Translations under genes and position numbers: made by a program
NCBI GenBank assembly: GCA_013265495.1
Contig: MU058463.1
Location: 992,001 to 1,056,000, forward strand
DNA from: Vicugna vicugna
Taxonomy: Eukaryota
Length of the DNA stretch: 64,000 nucleotides
Reading direction: 5' to 3'
Shown: one piece after another, positions 1 through 14,040 of the stretch
How positions within the stretch are numbered: the stretch's first letter is position 1
Layout of the letters: each line of letters starts with the position of its first letter
Notes under the pieces: generated by a model
The model's database searches: none
What the model saw: only the letters and a program-made list of their open reading frames with translations
What the model was told of the DNA's origin: nothing

Positions 1-3000
1 TGATTATGTGGATATCTGAAAGAATACAGCTTCTATACTGATCTGTCCTAAAATATTAAAATGGTATAGGATTACATAGATTATAGCATTTTTGTCTCTG
101 TTTCCCCCTTTAAATTATATATTAATTTAAAAATTATATATTTGATCCTCATATCAAATGTAAAGAGTTTTCAAGTTTTTAGATTGAATTGAAATAATTT
201 TTAAAAGGAAAGGGATGTTTCTTCTGCCACCCACCGCTGTAGTGGTATGGAATAGGCTAATATGAGCATTTCTCTAATGAAAGAGTAAGGAAGAACATTT
301 ATCTTCAAGCTTAAATACAAGGAGGCAAGAATTACTTCCTATTTTTACAAGTATAATCAGTCAGTTAACAATATATTCACAAACATAAAATTTAAACATT
401 TTTTATAACTCAACAGTAGTCTTAAATCTCCAGTTAATTGAGAACAGCAATTTACTTTATCACTAAATTGAAATTTATACCAATGAAGAGATTTTTTTTC
501 AGGCTGAATTTAAATATGAGTATTATTCTATTGCTTTGCCACTCATGAATAAATATCATTTTTTTTTTCAGGAGTTTTCTCAGCACTTATTCTGTAGTCT
601 ACTAACTTCTCCTGGTTGAGCTGTTTCACCCATTCTACTCCTTGGCATTGAGATCTATCTTCACTTTATCTGTTGGTGTGGGACTTTGGAATTATCCATT
701 TGGACAATATACTCACATTGTAATAGCCAGTGATTATACTTGCGTTTTTCTTATACTTCTCCCCTGAGGCTTCCTTAACTTAAAATTCCAGTGTTCTTAG
801 AAATAGGAGCCCAATAAAACTGAGGCGCCTAGAATTTTGGATAGCTTTTTTCTTTTTTCCAAACTTGATTGGACATTCATGAGTCACAGGCTATACTCTG
901 ATTTATCAATCCAGGTACTTGACCAAACTTTGGTTTTCTACTACTCACTTACTATGTACGGTCACACTGGATAGTGCACAGAGTCCCAGAAAGGAAGATA
1001 CAGGTACCCACTATGCCTCTGTATCCTGACTCCCCATCAAGTAAACCAGGTTTTCTGGTGTCTCATGACTCTGCCCAAGCCTTAGTCAAAAGAATTGAGG
1101 CAGTGTAGCCTCCATAGTTTTCCCCTTTGACATCTCTTGTGCCACTTTCTCTGAAAGGACTTATATACTCATCGTTTACTCAATGTAGTATATAATTATG
1201 AATATTTTAGTAATATGTCAGTCTAAACACCTGCTTTTTTTTACTAGAAAAAGACAATATAAGCACAAATTATATATTAAATCATTCTTATTTAAGATAC
1301 AATTTTATAAATACAATTTTATAAATTGTATCTTAAATATAAATTGTAACAACTGTATAAATTGTTGAAGTCTGTTTTGTTGTACAGGTATGCCCTTTTA
1401 GTTTCTGAATGAACTCCTAGATCCTGTTTCTAAAAGGTAATTCTATTCTGGGTCATGCCAAAACCCTTTCACATATTTTCAAACAGAATTTACGATAAAA
1501 AGAGAATCATTAAAAATACATGGATGTGGTAAGAGGAAGCTTGGGACAAGGCCATTAGTGTCTGTTCAGTTCCTTAGGAAAGAAGATGAAAGAGAAACTA
1601 TCATGTCAAGATATATCGTGTTTATTCTAAAAAGACAGAGATAGATTTTCATGTGAAATGCATTGCATTTAATTGATTTTAGGTGCTCTTGAGAAACAAA
1701 ATGATTCAACATAATTGCTATATGAATTTTCATGAATAAGAGTCTAATTGGAGTTTATCATACCTTTGTTAAATGATTACTTCCACAACATAAAATCAAA
1801 ATGATTGCTTATGAAGCACAGTCCTACTTTGCACAAAAAAATGACTAAATCAAGGTGATTTAAAAATGGAAAGTTTATGAACAAGTATATGTATGTTATT
1901 TTACTTAAACATTAAAGTGGTTCTAAATTTAATTTCCTGATTCTATTATTCATGAAACTTAAAAAATGCATTTATTTGAAATTTAAATAATGTAACTTTA
2001 TCAAGAGAAAAAAGCTAAAGTATATGACACATTTTAAAGTATGACAAGAATTAAATGTGTTTATTAAAAGCAATAGATTTTGAGGCATCTAAATAAAATA
2101 TTGTACTTAAGGAGTATTAATTAATTGCAAGATTATTGTCTATAGTAGTTCTAAAGAAATTAAAATAAGAAAAATCATTTAAAATATCTGGGAATCTTTA
2201 CTCATTTGTGTTCTGTGCTTATATGGCATTCTCAAAATCGATTAATGGTACATCTTACTAGTCTTCAACTTGCTGTTAACTGTACACTTAGTGTATTTAT
2301 AACTTACAGTATAGTTTATGAAATGCTGAAATATCTGTAAAAGTTCAATTTGAGTGTTAAATGATTATAACACCACAAATCAAAAAATTAATTTTAGTGT
2401 AGAGTAGAATACGTTGGCAAGATTAAAAAGCGTTAATAACAGATTTTCTAAAAACAGAGTTTAAGTACAGTGTAATAGAGTAGAATTAACAGAAGTTCCT
2501 TGCTTTCCCTGTCAGAGTAGGGAAAATGTCGGGATTGGTGTTCATATATGCAAATCTGATTGTCTCTGAGCTACAATCCCCCTGCCATTGGAAACCTCAC
2601 ATGCTCTTTTCTCAACTGACTTTTGCTTTAACATTCTTATTTTGGACAATCAAGCTATAATTTATTCTGTCTGATTCAGAATATCAAGAAATATGAAATA
2701 CAAAGGGTATTATATAAGAAAGACATTAAAAACATTGGGTATGAGGTATTTTATTTTGTCTGTATTTTTTTCTTCTAAATTTCAAACCAGTGTAACCAGT
2801 TTGCATATGTTTTTTTTTTTTAAAAAGAGTAACCCCACTACCGTTTTTTAACATGGAAAGCATTTTCTAGTTTAAAAAAAAAGCAACCCCAAAAACTATA
2901 CCTCATACAAAGCAGAGTAGGAAGTAAAACAACATTTCAGCTGGAGATGAAATAACTTTAAAATATTAGGGTTCATAGAACTTGCTGAGTTCAACTGGAA

Positions 3001-3249
3001 CCAGTTTGTGAAGTGTACTAGCTGGCCCGTTAATGGTTCTGGATATTTGGTATGGAGAGTGAAACTCTAACCAGAAGATTAGCATGGATAGATTTATTTA
3101 TTTTTTTGAAAAAAGTGAAGAGGATGTATAGAAGTGAAGAATAGGCTGCCAGAAGAGGAACAGTTTATAAGCCTGTTGTAATGAGGTAATATGGGTCTGA
3201 CAAAGAAAACTAAGAGAATGCCTGTACTCTTGTAAAGAGTTCTCAACTC

Positions 3250-4410
3250 CTATAATATTTACACTTGTGAAATATCAGATGTTCTCTCTGAAGGTAGGAA
3301 TGAGACAATATCTGTTCTCATCACTTTATATTTTCTAGGAATCTTAATGCAAAATGTTAGGAAAAATAAAAATTGTAACAGGAAATGAAAAAAATAAAAC
3401 TTACTTTTTGCAAGTGACAGAGTGAGCATGTAAAAAGGAAAAAAAAATGATAAGAGAATTCAACAAATTTTCTAAATTCAAGTCCATATATGAAAAGCAA
3501 ATGATGAAATAATATTGATTAATTGGTCTTCATTGACATTTAAATTTCTCTTTGTCAAAAGACACCATTAAGAGAGAGAAAATTCAAGTCATGGAGTGAA
3601 GGAACATACTTTTTAACACACAACTGGTAGTCCGAATGTGTAAATTATCCAAAATCAATGTAGGAAAAAACAACAGTTTTTTAAAATGAACAAAAGTACA
3701 GAATAGGAACTTTGTAAAAGAGACTATCTAAAAGACTGTGAAAAGATGCTCAACGTCACCCATGGTAAGGGAGTAACAAGATAAAACAACAGTAGTATTC
3801 AGTGATACACCCACTTAAATGGCCAAGAGTAAACAACTAAAGTCTAACATTCTGCTGGTCAAAGTATAAATTGGCATCATATTGAAAAACTACAAATAAT
3901 TATTAAAGTTAAACGTAGAGATCCTCCTATGACTCAAATCCTGTTCTGGCATATATTCAACAGAAATGCCTACAGATGTGCAAAAAAAAGATATGTGCAA
4001 AAAAAGTTAGTAGAATTTTTTGCAGTAGCCAAAATCATTAAACAACTTAAATGTCCATCAAAAACAACAAAGGAATAAATGAATTAAAACAGGTTTATAC
4101 AGTGTATTACTCCACAGCAATGAAAATGATAAACTACTGCCATATGTAGTAACAGATGCATCTCACAATAATGCTAAACAAAGGAAGGCAGGCATAAAAT
4201 AGCACTTTGTCTCTGTTGCTGTTATATAAGAGTTTTTAAACATTAGATTTACCTTTGGGGTAATGTGGAAGTGACAGAAAAGGCCATGAGTAGCATCCCT
4301 AGGATGTAAGGTCCATTTATCAATCTGTGTGTTGGTTATATGACCATGGATGGTAATTCTTGGTGAAAAGCCATTGAGCTCTAAATTTATTATTGCCACG
4401 TTTTGAAATT
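3250..4410 (+). mobile_element. Old LINE-1 (L1M, L1MD/ME-like) ORF2 end and 3' UTR fragment
   Basis: Contains L1 3'-region phrases such as 'aaaagacaccattaagagag', 'gaaaagatgctcaacgtcac', 'aaatgtccatcaa' and 'cacagcaatgaaaatgataaactactgc'. A-rich and heavily decayed. Confidence 0.8.
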
Positions 4411-4454
4411 TATGAAGTTGTGCAGCAATAACTGTAAATCTAGTTTTATAATAT

Positions 4455-5040
4455 TGCTATCAACTGGAAAAGACCCCACTCCCACTGCTTCCCTAGGCAA
4501 ACACTAATTTTCTGTCTCTAAAATTTGCCTTTTCTGGAAATTTAATATAATGGAATTATTGAATATGTAATCTTTTGTGTTTGACTTTTTTTAACTTAGT
4601 ATAATGTTTGTGCAGTCATCTCCTTTGTAGCATGTATCAGGACTTTATTATTTTAAATTGTTGAATGGTATTTTATTGCATGGATAGACCACATTTTATT
4701 ATTATGTATTACCTGTCCACTAGTTGATGGACATTTGGATTGTTCATGTTTTTTGAAATGATGAATAGTGCTGCCATGAGCTCCTATTTTGCCTTTCTAT
4801 GGATGTACGCTTCCATTTCTCTTGGCTAAATTCCAGGAGTGAAATTGGTGTGTTATATTTTAAGTTTATGTTTAACTTTTTAGGAAATTGTTAAACTGTT
4901 TTTCACAGTGGCTTTATCATTTTACATTTCCGCAAGCAATGTATGAAGGCTTTGGTTTCTCCATATCCTCGTAAACACTTTCTATGATCTCTTTTTGATT
5001 ATAGACATCCTAGTGGTTATGTAGTGCCATCTTACTGAAG
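4455..5040 (-). mobile_element. LINE-1 (L1MB/MC-like) 3' fragment, antisense
   Basis: Shows 'ccctaggcaaacactaattttctgtctcta...ttgccttttctgg', 'gttgatggacatttggattgtt' and 'ttttacatttccgcaagcaatgtatgaagg', the reverse complement of a typical L1M 3' end. Confidence 0.85.
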
Positions 5041-5773
5041 ATTTTCATTCAGAGCTGGTTGGTGATGGTGTGGTTGTTTTGTTATTTATGATTTTGCGCT
5101 GAATTCTTTATAATGCTTTTTCATGTCAATTTTAATACTACACTTTTCCATTCTGATTTGTGAATATTCTGAAATGTAATCCTAATATTAATATATTTTA
5201 TATTTCTGGGCTAAATACTGTTGCCAGAAATATCCAAGCTCTGTAGGATTTGATTAATACATATTTTATTTAGTAATTTTCCATTACTATTTTTTAGTAA
5301 TATTGGGCTATAATTTTCTTTTCTGTTCTAGCATAATCATTTTTAATCAAGGTTATACCACAATATGAATGGTAATGAGTTAATTTATTTTCTGTCCTCT
5401 TGAAACAATTTCAGATAAATGTTTTATTAGGATGTTATCTAAATTATCAACATTTCCAAATGCATTTATATAAATTGTTCGTAATAGTGTATTATTATCA
5501 TTATTACTAAATCTTGTCACTGCTCTCAGTCTAATCCCTTACAGTACAAAGATCTTAGAAAACTGTGTTTCCAAATACCATCTCATATTACACTTTATTA
5601 TTGTCCGGTATTTTAATAGTAGCTTGTTTCATTTTCCACCAAAATTATTCATCATTTTTATTCATTTATGCTGTCAGTCAATGGTTTAAATCTTAAAGTT
5701 TTGATTACCACACTTTTTCTTGAAGCTCTGATCTTGGGTTTATTTTCTTTCCTTCTAAATAATTTTCTTTAGG

Positions 5774-5774
<1 letters not shown>

Positions 5775-5838
<64 letters not shown>
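5775..5838. repeat. Long poly(T) tract (T33-CC-T29)
   Basis: Read directly from the sequence. Confidence 0.95.
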
Positions 5839-5842
<4 letters not shown>

Positions 5843-5949
5843 GGAACCTACCATCTGTTGATGGAAAGATTTAAGTTTTGATGGAAAGATTTAACTTGTT
5901 TATTGATCTATAACTTCATTGTGAATTGTCATTCATTTGTTTATTTTCT

Positions 5950-6137
5950 TCTTGGTTATATGACTAGGCGAGTCCCCTGGAGCATACTATGAGACCAAGA
6001 TTTGTAGTGCAATTTGTAGTGAGCAAAGGGCAAGGGAGGATGCTGCATCAGGAGAAGGAATATGTTAAGATGAGGTACAGTTGCAAATAGGGCCTCCTTC
6101 AAACCCATGGAGCTCTGAAGCTGGGTAGAAGTTTTCA
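5950..6137 (-). mobile_element. ERVL LTR fragment, LTR16-like
   Basis: 'gtcccctggagcatactatgagaccaagatttg...cccatggagctctgaagctggg' resembles the antisense 3' part of LTR16. Confidence 0.6.
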
Positions 6138-6899
6138 TGGAATACGAGTTATACCTCTCAGTAGTGTAAACATGTAAAATTCAAAGATCAGTGTCCCAAG
6201 TGTGCATTTATTATTTTTACTTGTTTTATTATTAAATATTTTTCATAACGTCATTTTTGGAGTAAATAATAAATTAGTCATGCTATAAAAGTAATAAATT
6301 ATGATTAAAATTCAGTATTATAAGGAAAACTGTGATTAAAAATACAATTTCCAAACAAAATTATCAAACTGAGAAGAAAGAACTTATAATATTTGCAGAT
6401 AATTTATGTATAACTTTTTGTGATTTTACATGAATCAGACCTCAAGTTAACCAGCAATATCAATTAAATATATTAAGTTTTGAATTATTATTGGAAGAGT
6501 TTTTGAAACCATGTAAACTGGATTCATATTTTTAAAATTCATTCAGTACAGAAAAATGGTAAAATCACAACTGGTAGAAACATTTCCAGCTTTACTAGTT
6601 GCAAACTCCAGGAAAAAAAATTATACACTTCCTCAAAAGACTAAATTGAAAGATCTGCATAAATGCTTATCAGAAGGTTGTTAGGAAGAAGGAATACAGT
6701 ACACTTGTATTATAATTAATTTCATTGATACAACATATATCATGAATTAAAAGAAATCATACCATAAAAATTACACCAGCACTGAGAGAGGTGATTACTT
6801 CCTTCCTCATGGCTGCTGGGATAACCTACATTTCTGCTTCATCTCTTCATTCACAGGACACTCCTTTTCAGTTCATTTTGTTGGTATTTTAAAATTCAG

Positions 6900-7810
6900 G
6901 ACCTCTGAATATTTGAGTGACTCCAGACTGGTCTCAGGACTTCTCTGTTCTCAATGTGATCTCTTGCAATTCCATGTTCTGAACCCTCTCAATTTGCTGA
7001 TGACCATTGCATTTACACTTCTAGCTGCTAGTTCTCACCAAAAATCTTACATTTATCCACTTATCATCCAACATCAACTAATAGGAACATGAGTCATCAT
7101 CTAATAGTCATAATCAAACTCTTCTTTATCCTTCACAAACCCTCTTCTCCCCTATCATTGCTGATCTCATTAAGAAATCTAATCCAAAAGTCATTCCATA
7201 GTTCCAAAGTGCTTAGACTAATAAACTGATGTTTCTTCTCCCTGTCTCTCTCTCTCTCTCACTCACACACGTTTATCAATTGCTGACGAAACTAAAAGCG
7301 AATCGCTGATAATCCTCTAGGATTTGCCTCTAGCAACCTATCTCTTGTCAATTTCTACGCAATTTCTACCCTATTTTCTTCTCTTGTTCTCTTTCAATCT
7401 AATCAACATCTTTATTGTTCTTCTAACGCAACCAGCAAACACCCAGTTTAGAGGTATTCTACTTGCTGTTTTCGGAGGCTGGGATGTGGGTCTTTCACAT
7501 ATTTTATAATACAGCTTTTCACATAATTCAAGTCTCTGATCAATAAGTCAACTCCTTAGAGGTGCTTTCTCTGCCTGTTCTATCCAAAATAAGCCTCCTG
7601 TCATGATTTTCATTATATTTAATGTTAAAAGTGTAAGTGCTGTGAAGCCCTGATAATGTTCTGGTGTTTGACTGTATTTTTATTTATTTTTTTTGTCCAT
7701 TTTGTTTTTATGTCTCCAATTTGAACATAAGCTCTGAGAGCGGGAACTTTCTGTTTACAGTTTTGTCAATTGCCAGAACACTGTTAATGTTTCTTGAATG
7801 AATAAATGAG
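6900..7810 (+). mobile_element. LINE-2 3' fragment
   Basis: Pyrimidine-rich decayed body ending in the L2 terminus 'cataagctctgagagcgggaac...ttgaatgaataaatga'. Confidence 0.7.
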
Positions 7811-10476
7811 TAATAGCAGAGAGAGTGGTATATGAAATATGAAAAATATATGAAATATGAAAAAATTAACTTACGAATGTATAAAACTAAATACTATACT
7901 GTAATTGGATGTAGGTAAAGATCATAATGATAAATTGGGGCTTTTTCCATAGTTTGCATTTAATCAAGCCTATAGACAATTATTCATTGTTCTCTTACAT
8001 TTCTCTTTTTCTTGCTAATTTGTAAAAACATCTTTATATATGGAGGAAATAGTTTTTCACTAGTCACATATATTATAGATACATTTATCACTTTGTCTTT
8101 TGCATTTTTATGTTTTGAAATATCAGGGTATAATAAATTAAGTATTTGGCTGAAATTATTTTAAAATTTTATAATTACTTAGGTATTATTAATAAATCAT
8201 AAATACTGATAGTATTTTGAGTTGCAGGGAAACAGAAAGAGGGATCACAAGTGATGGTAATCATAGAAGCTGCACAAAAAGATACGGTTTTATAGCTTAT
8301 TTTCAGTAGTCCTTTTTCAATATTTTAACAAGGAACTATCATTTTTAAAAATGTCAACAAGAAAAGTAAATGTCCACCTGCTTACTTACTCAGTGTCATA
8401 AAACTCATCATTAATCTAATTTTAAAAAGAGCAGTTCCCTGGGCTGGAAAACTTATTTAAAATCTTTCTAAGGCAAATATCTTTTCATGATCATAAATCA
8501 CTTTCTTTTGAACTCTGTCTGAACTCCAATTAGCATAAAATATTGAGATGAGAACTATTTTCTAACTCCCATGCATGAAGCACCTTATCTAGATATTTTA
8601 TGCTGTAATTTCATGTATAAAATACTTGTGCTTTAATAGCATGTAACATAATTTTAATCAACAATAAAAATATGAGTGCTTCTCCCACCTGACTTTTGGG
8701 TTATGATCAGTTTGTTGTGTTTTTTTCTTCTCCTTAAATATTGTAAAATGATTGAATTTTCTGTAGTCCTTCAGATATTTTGTTCTCAGTATTATGATAG
8801 CTTCAAAAGTGTTATTTCTTGTAACTATTTGTTTAATTGTTATGATTTTATCTGAGCCAACACTTCATAATAAATTATCACATGTACACAGAAAATAATG
8901 AAAATTGCAATTTTCGGTTTCTGATGCATTACTATGTAAATCAGAAACTGAAGTTAGGAAAATGCTTATTTATTGTATAGCACCAATTTATATTACACAC
9001 TAATACTGTAAAAATGTTATTCCTTGGGTTTTTGAAATTATAATAATTTGTCATATATTGAGAAGTGGATTCACACCATGCACACAAACATGTGCACATG
9101 GAAACACATACACAACCATGTTTGTATGTCATGGCTGAACTAAAGTGACTGATTAGTGTCGTAATATATATTTCCTTTAAAAATAACTTATTTGTCAGCA
9201 AATATATATAAAATTTAAAATACATGTGCATGGATATATATGAATGCATGATGTACGTGGTATATAGTATATAAAAATAGGTCACCATTTTGAACCACAA
9301 CTGCATTCTATGCAATATCTTAACAACAGTTCTTTTGTAACTTTCAGTTAGATAAACATATTTACAGAAGTGGTATTAGGACTGACTTAGTTGCAGGAAC
9401 TTGCATTTACATCACATTTTCTCCTAAACTGGAGTGAACAGTAATGGCTTCCACAGTGTTTCATTCCTGAGTTTTATCTGTACTTTTCTGTGGCTGCAGT
9501 AATTAGCACTTAAAGAAACCTGGCTCAGCTCTTTAACCTTCACCTGTTTAAATGGGCATTACATCGTCAATTTTCAAATCAAAATAAATCAAGCATAGCC
9601 GTTGGTGAAAATCTCTCTTTTCAGTCTCAGCTGTCAGTTATTCATTTTTCATGAAATTTTAAATGAATCTGTGTACAAAAAACTTATGTGTTTACCTCAA
9701 TACAAATGAGTTTGTTAAAATCATGATGACTAGGACTTAAAGAAACTTAATTAAGGAAAGCAATTGATATAGTCACAGTCTTTGTATTATGTTATATATG
9801 TTGACAGAATATAAGATTTATAGAGTTTCTTTTGACATTCAATACTAATACTAACTGCTGTATATTATTGATGATTAGAACACAAATATACAAATCTAAG
9901 GGTAAATGTACAGTGTTTTCTTATTTGGTGGGTAAGGGATGCTAAAATTAGTACCTTAAAATTTTATTACTGATATATTTACAAGTTTTATAACTTACTA
10001 CATCTTTTCTCTATTTTATACACACATACACACACACATGTACACAGCCATAACACTTAACACACACAAATTTTATTTTTCAAAATATGGTGATCTCTTT
10101 TTATGCAGAATAGAATCACACTCTAACCTTAAATTCATTTGCTTCACCTGACAATATATACTTGCTATACTTGAAACTCAGTCTAATTCTATTGATAAAA
10201 AATAAATACATCTATTAAACATTTGCATATATGAATATACATACATTCTGTGTATATTGTGTGTGTTTGTGTGTATATACATAAGTATATAAATGATTTT
10301 AGGTAAATAAGATTATACTATGTAACTATATACTGGATTTTCTTAGAACAAATATTTTCCTCCTTATATTCAGCGTTCTCCCATTTCCTCCTATTTTTCT
10401 GATCCCCCTTATCCGCCATTCCCTCCCACCCCCAATCCGGATGGTGATTATCTTTCTATGCTATTTCTGTGCACTT

Positions 10477-10700
10477 GTAACTGCTGGTTCCAGGGGAGAA
10501 GCTAAGATGTGCATTTCTTATATTAGTTCTGGATCAGATTCTACCAATGGGAGGCTCTTGCATGGTATTTGGAAGACTGAAGAATAACAGAAGCCATTAT
10601 TCTTTAGCTGCAGGTGTAGAAAGACTTGTAGGAAGATATAAAATGCACAGCTGCTTCTTCCTGAGCGTTTGTGGACTGCCAGCTAGGGGATTCAAGCTCA
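10477..10700. mobile_element. ERVL LTR fragment, LTR33-like
   Basis: 'cagattctaccaatgggaggctcttgcatgg...gaagactgaagaataacagaagccattattct' resembles LTR33. Confidence 0.5.
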
Positions 10701-10749
10701 TAAAGTTAGTACAGCTTGTCTGATTGTAAGCCCCTTACTCCCTTTATTG

Positions 10750-11620
10750 TAACACTTTGTAGATGTAAGTGTTACACGCAGCCTCTTATGTTTTTGACCT
10801 GTGCACAAACACACACCAGAATTTCATCATTGTTAGTTTTACAGAAATATTACCAACATGAGTTAGATTATACATACTTATTTTTCTCAGCCATTCCTCA
10901 TAAAAGTCCTACAGATCACCTGTTTGAGCTTTAATGTAAGAACTGCATTCATGGGCATGTATTTTCATTCACTTTTTAAAACCATTATTCAAAATTGCAT
11001 ATTAATCATCATTGTACATATATACTTGTACCTTTATCTTTTGACTTCTATGAATATATCCCCATTAGTGGATACATGGCATACAGGTATACGTGTGAGA
11101 TTTTCTTGGTATTTTAATAGATGTTGTAAGATTGTTTTGTAAAAGTATAACCTTTTAAGTGTCCATCAGCAATAGATAAAAGTGCCCATGTTCCTTTATT
11201 CCCACACTTACTACCAATCTTTTTCTGTTTTAACTTTTCCCAGTCTAATGGATGTGACTGATATCTCACCCTCATGTTATTTCTATGACTAACTGTGACT
11301 TTCAACATATTTTCATGTTAGCAACTTGAATTGGCTGTTCAATGAATTTTCTCTATATTTTCTAATTTTTCCTTTTTAAAGTGTTTTTGGTATAGTTTTT
11401 GATTTAGTCATTCATCTGCAACTAGCATCGCAATTTGTAAATTATTTGCTTCTTGATTTTTGTCATAGTCTGCTCTAGAAAACCACGTTTATAATTCTAT
11501 AATTGTGCTTCCTCTTCCAGCTTTGAGAGTATCACTGTTAAGATCTTTACTACTCCAGGATTGGGTAAATAGTCACTTAAAAATTTTTAATGTTAATTAA
11601 TTTTATATTAATTTGTGGCT
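10750..11620 (-). mobile_element. Old LINE-1 (L1ME-like) fragment, antisense
   Basis: 'ccatcagcaatagataaaagtgcccatgttcctttattcccacac...ttttcccagtctaatggatgtgactgatatctca' matches the antisense L1 ORF2 3' region. Confidence 0.65.
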
Positions 11621-13169
11621 TGTAAGTAGGTCTTTTGGATGGTAGAAATGTGATAACCTGCAATAATATTGACATTAGGTATGATCTAGGGCAAGATATG
11701 CTCTTCCTGGAATGACTTCATAGAAACCCACAGGTCTCAGCTATTTATATACAGAATTATATGGTATGTGGCTGCTTGTTGTCGTGAAAATATAAACGTT
11801 GCTAGTGGCTACAGAGGAACACACAGTCTTCCTGGATGAAACATATACTGAAATAACCTAGTGTAAATGGAGTATGTGACAATTTTCATGGGTAAAATTA
11901 GTGTAGAGGAGAGAAATGAATACATTTCTGACTGGGAAAGTCTTATGTCAGTTTCATGTTCATTATAAATTTGAGTGGGAAAACTATATTACATTGCATA
12001 TTGAAACTTTAGGAAATAATATACATATAGTATTTTTCAAAATATAGCCATGTAATCATTATTTTAAATAGATGATACATTTTAAATGTGATTTGGTTTT
12101 ATTAATGTCAAAGACAAATATGCATATATTTACCATTTATATGTTTACATGCAGAATTAAGTTTATGACCTTACTTTTCCAGTGATACTTATTTAATCTC
12201 TTTTCTAATAAGAATTAATGTTAGCTTAGAGTTTAAACTAAGATATGGAGAAAAGTTACTAGTGAAAGCAGTCCTCTAATTAGCTGTATCTAGTTCAATA
12301 TCTTTTAAGGTAAAAGAAAAAAAGCAAAGTATTTTGATGATCTGTCACTGAAATTGAAAGTGAAAAGGAAAGTTCTGCAAATTAGTTCTCCTTTAAAAGG
12401 ATTTCAAGAACTGTATTAAATGCTTCCAAAGAGTTTAAATCAGAGTTCAGAATCCAGGAATTTCATTAAGTTCATGCACATTGAAAATATGCACCAGAAT
12501 AATTAAACCACTATCTTTGGTTTTTATAGAATATACTAGGATGAAATATGCACATTAATTGGGGAAGCTGATTAGTGAATTTTGTTACTCATTTTGTTTG
12601 TCATTGTTAATTTTTTAAACACCAAGTAAAAACACAGACCCTGGACACAAAACTAAGGCCAACCTGACTTTTCTGTTGATTATAAGAGGTTGATAACTTA
12701 TTAAAAAAATAGTTTTTGTTAACCTTATGAGAAAAGATATAAATTTCATATATTTATAGTAAAACATTTCACTTGACTATATCACCTTCTAGGTTTGCCA
12801 TTATTTTTCCATTTTAACATGCAGAAAATTATGTTACTCTTTACCTTTATGTACTGTTAAATTTTAGATTTTATGTAACTAGATCAATGATAGAATTAGC
12901 ATCTGACAAATTAATGTATTTTAAGAGTTTTTTTAACAGAATAATAGTATAGAAACATATATTTACTGAAGACCTACTGAAGAAAATGATATTTTTCTAA
13001 TAATTCCCTTCAGTTATAGCCCTATTTTGCACTTAAGTTAAAAAAAAGACTATAAAAAGTCTATAAAAGATCTTTACTAGTGTAACACAGTTTATACTGA
13101 ACAGCAACAGAAATTATTCTAGCCTACTTAAAGTAAGTAGAAGATAAATGTATTAAAAGATATGAGGTA

Positions 13170-13520
13170 AAGTGGAGAACCTTTGGAAGTACTGGGAATT
13201 AGGTTTATAGAATGCATAGCCAGAAAATCTGTACAAATAATCCTGTGACTGCCGTCTGTTAAGATCATGCAGAACCAGCTTTATCATGGGTAGACATAGG
13301 GCATCTCTCCCTCTTCTGCCTCTGCAAGGTGATATCTGTCTAACTCCCTCTGCCTCAGTTGATGCCACAGATAATAGCTCCTTCTTCATGCTAATCCCTT
13401 TGAAACTGAAATATCTACTGTAGGCTTCTGATTGGCTGACACAGGTCACATGCCTGTGCCATAGTGCATGGTACTCAGGGAAAGAAAATGTATAGCTTCT
13501 GTCTTGAGGTGAGACTCACA
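13170..13520. mobile_element. Old MaLR LTR fragment (MLT1J/K-like)
   Basis: Contains 'ttctgattggctgacacaggtcacatgcctgtgcc', a motif typical of old MLT1 LTRs. Confidence 0.55.
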
Positions 13521-13899
13521 AGTTGAAAATGTAAATACATAAAGGATACTTGAACGGTGAGACTGAAAAACACCCATTAACAATGTAAAAGTAGGATTCC
13601 ACCCTCAAGAAGGTGATCTATAGTATTTTATTCTGTGAGCTATGTGAGCTAGCAGACTAGACATTTAGCCAGTTTTTTTTGTTTTTTTCCTGAGATACTG
13701 CTTGAGCCTATGAAGTCCATGGAAGTGGAATACCTCATGGCAAATGCAGGCTGACACAGCAGCTGTTCAAAACATAGTTAAAACATACTGCACTGCTTTC
13801 TGCCATGGTTATTTGGCATAAAATATTATTATAAAAAGGCCCTATAATATTTTTCTTATTTGGTATAATTGCAGTTTATTGTAATAATAATATGGATGA

Positions 13900-14040
13900 A
13901 ACTTAGATTAAATGGGCCTGTACTCCCAATCTGGTTATGTCATTTACTAGCTCTGTGACTTTGGACAATTTAGTCAACCTATTTGAGGCCCAATTTTGTG
14001 ACTTACAGGTTATTAAAATAAAACCAACTCTGCTATTATT
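13900..14040 (+). mobile_element. MIR SINE
   Basis: Core 'catttactagctctgtgactttggacaatttagtcaacctatttgaggcccaatttt'. Confidence 0.75.
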
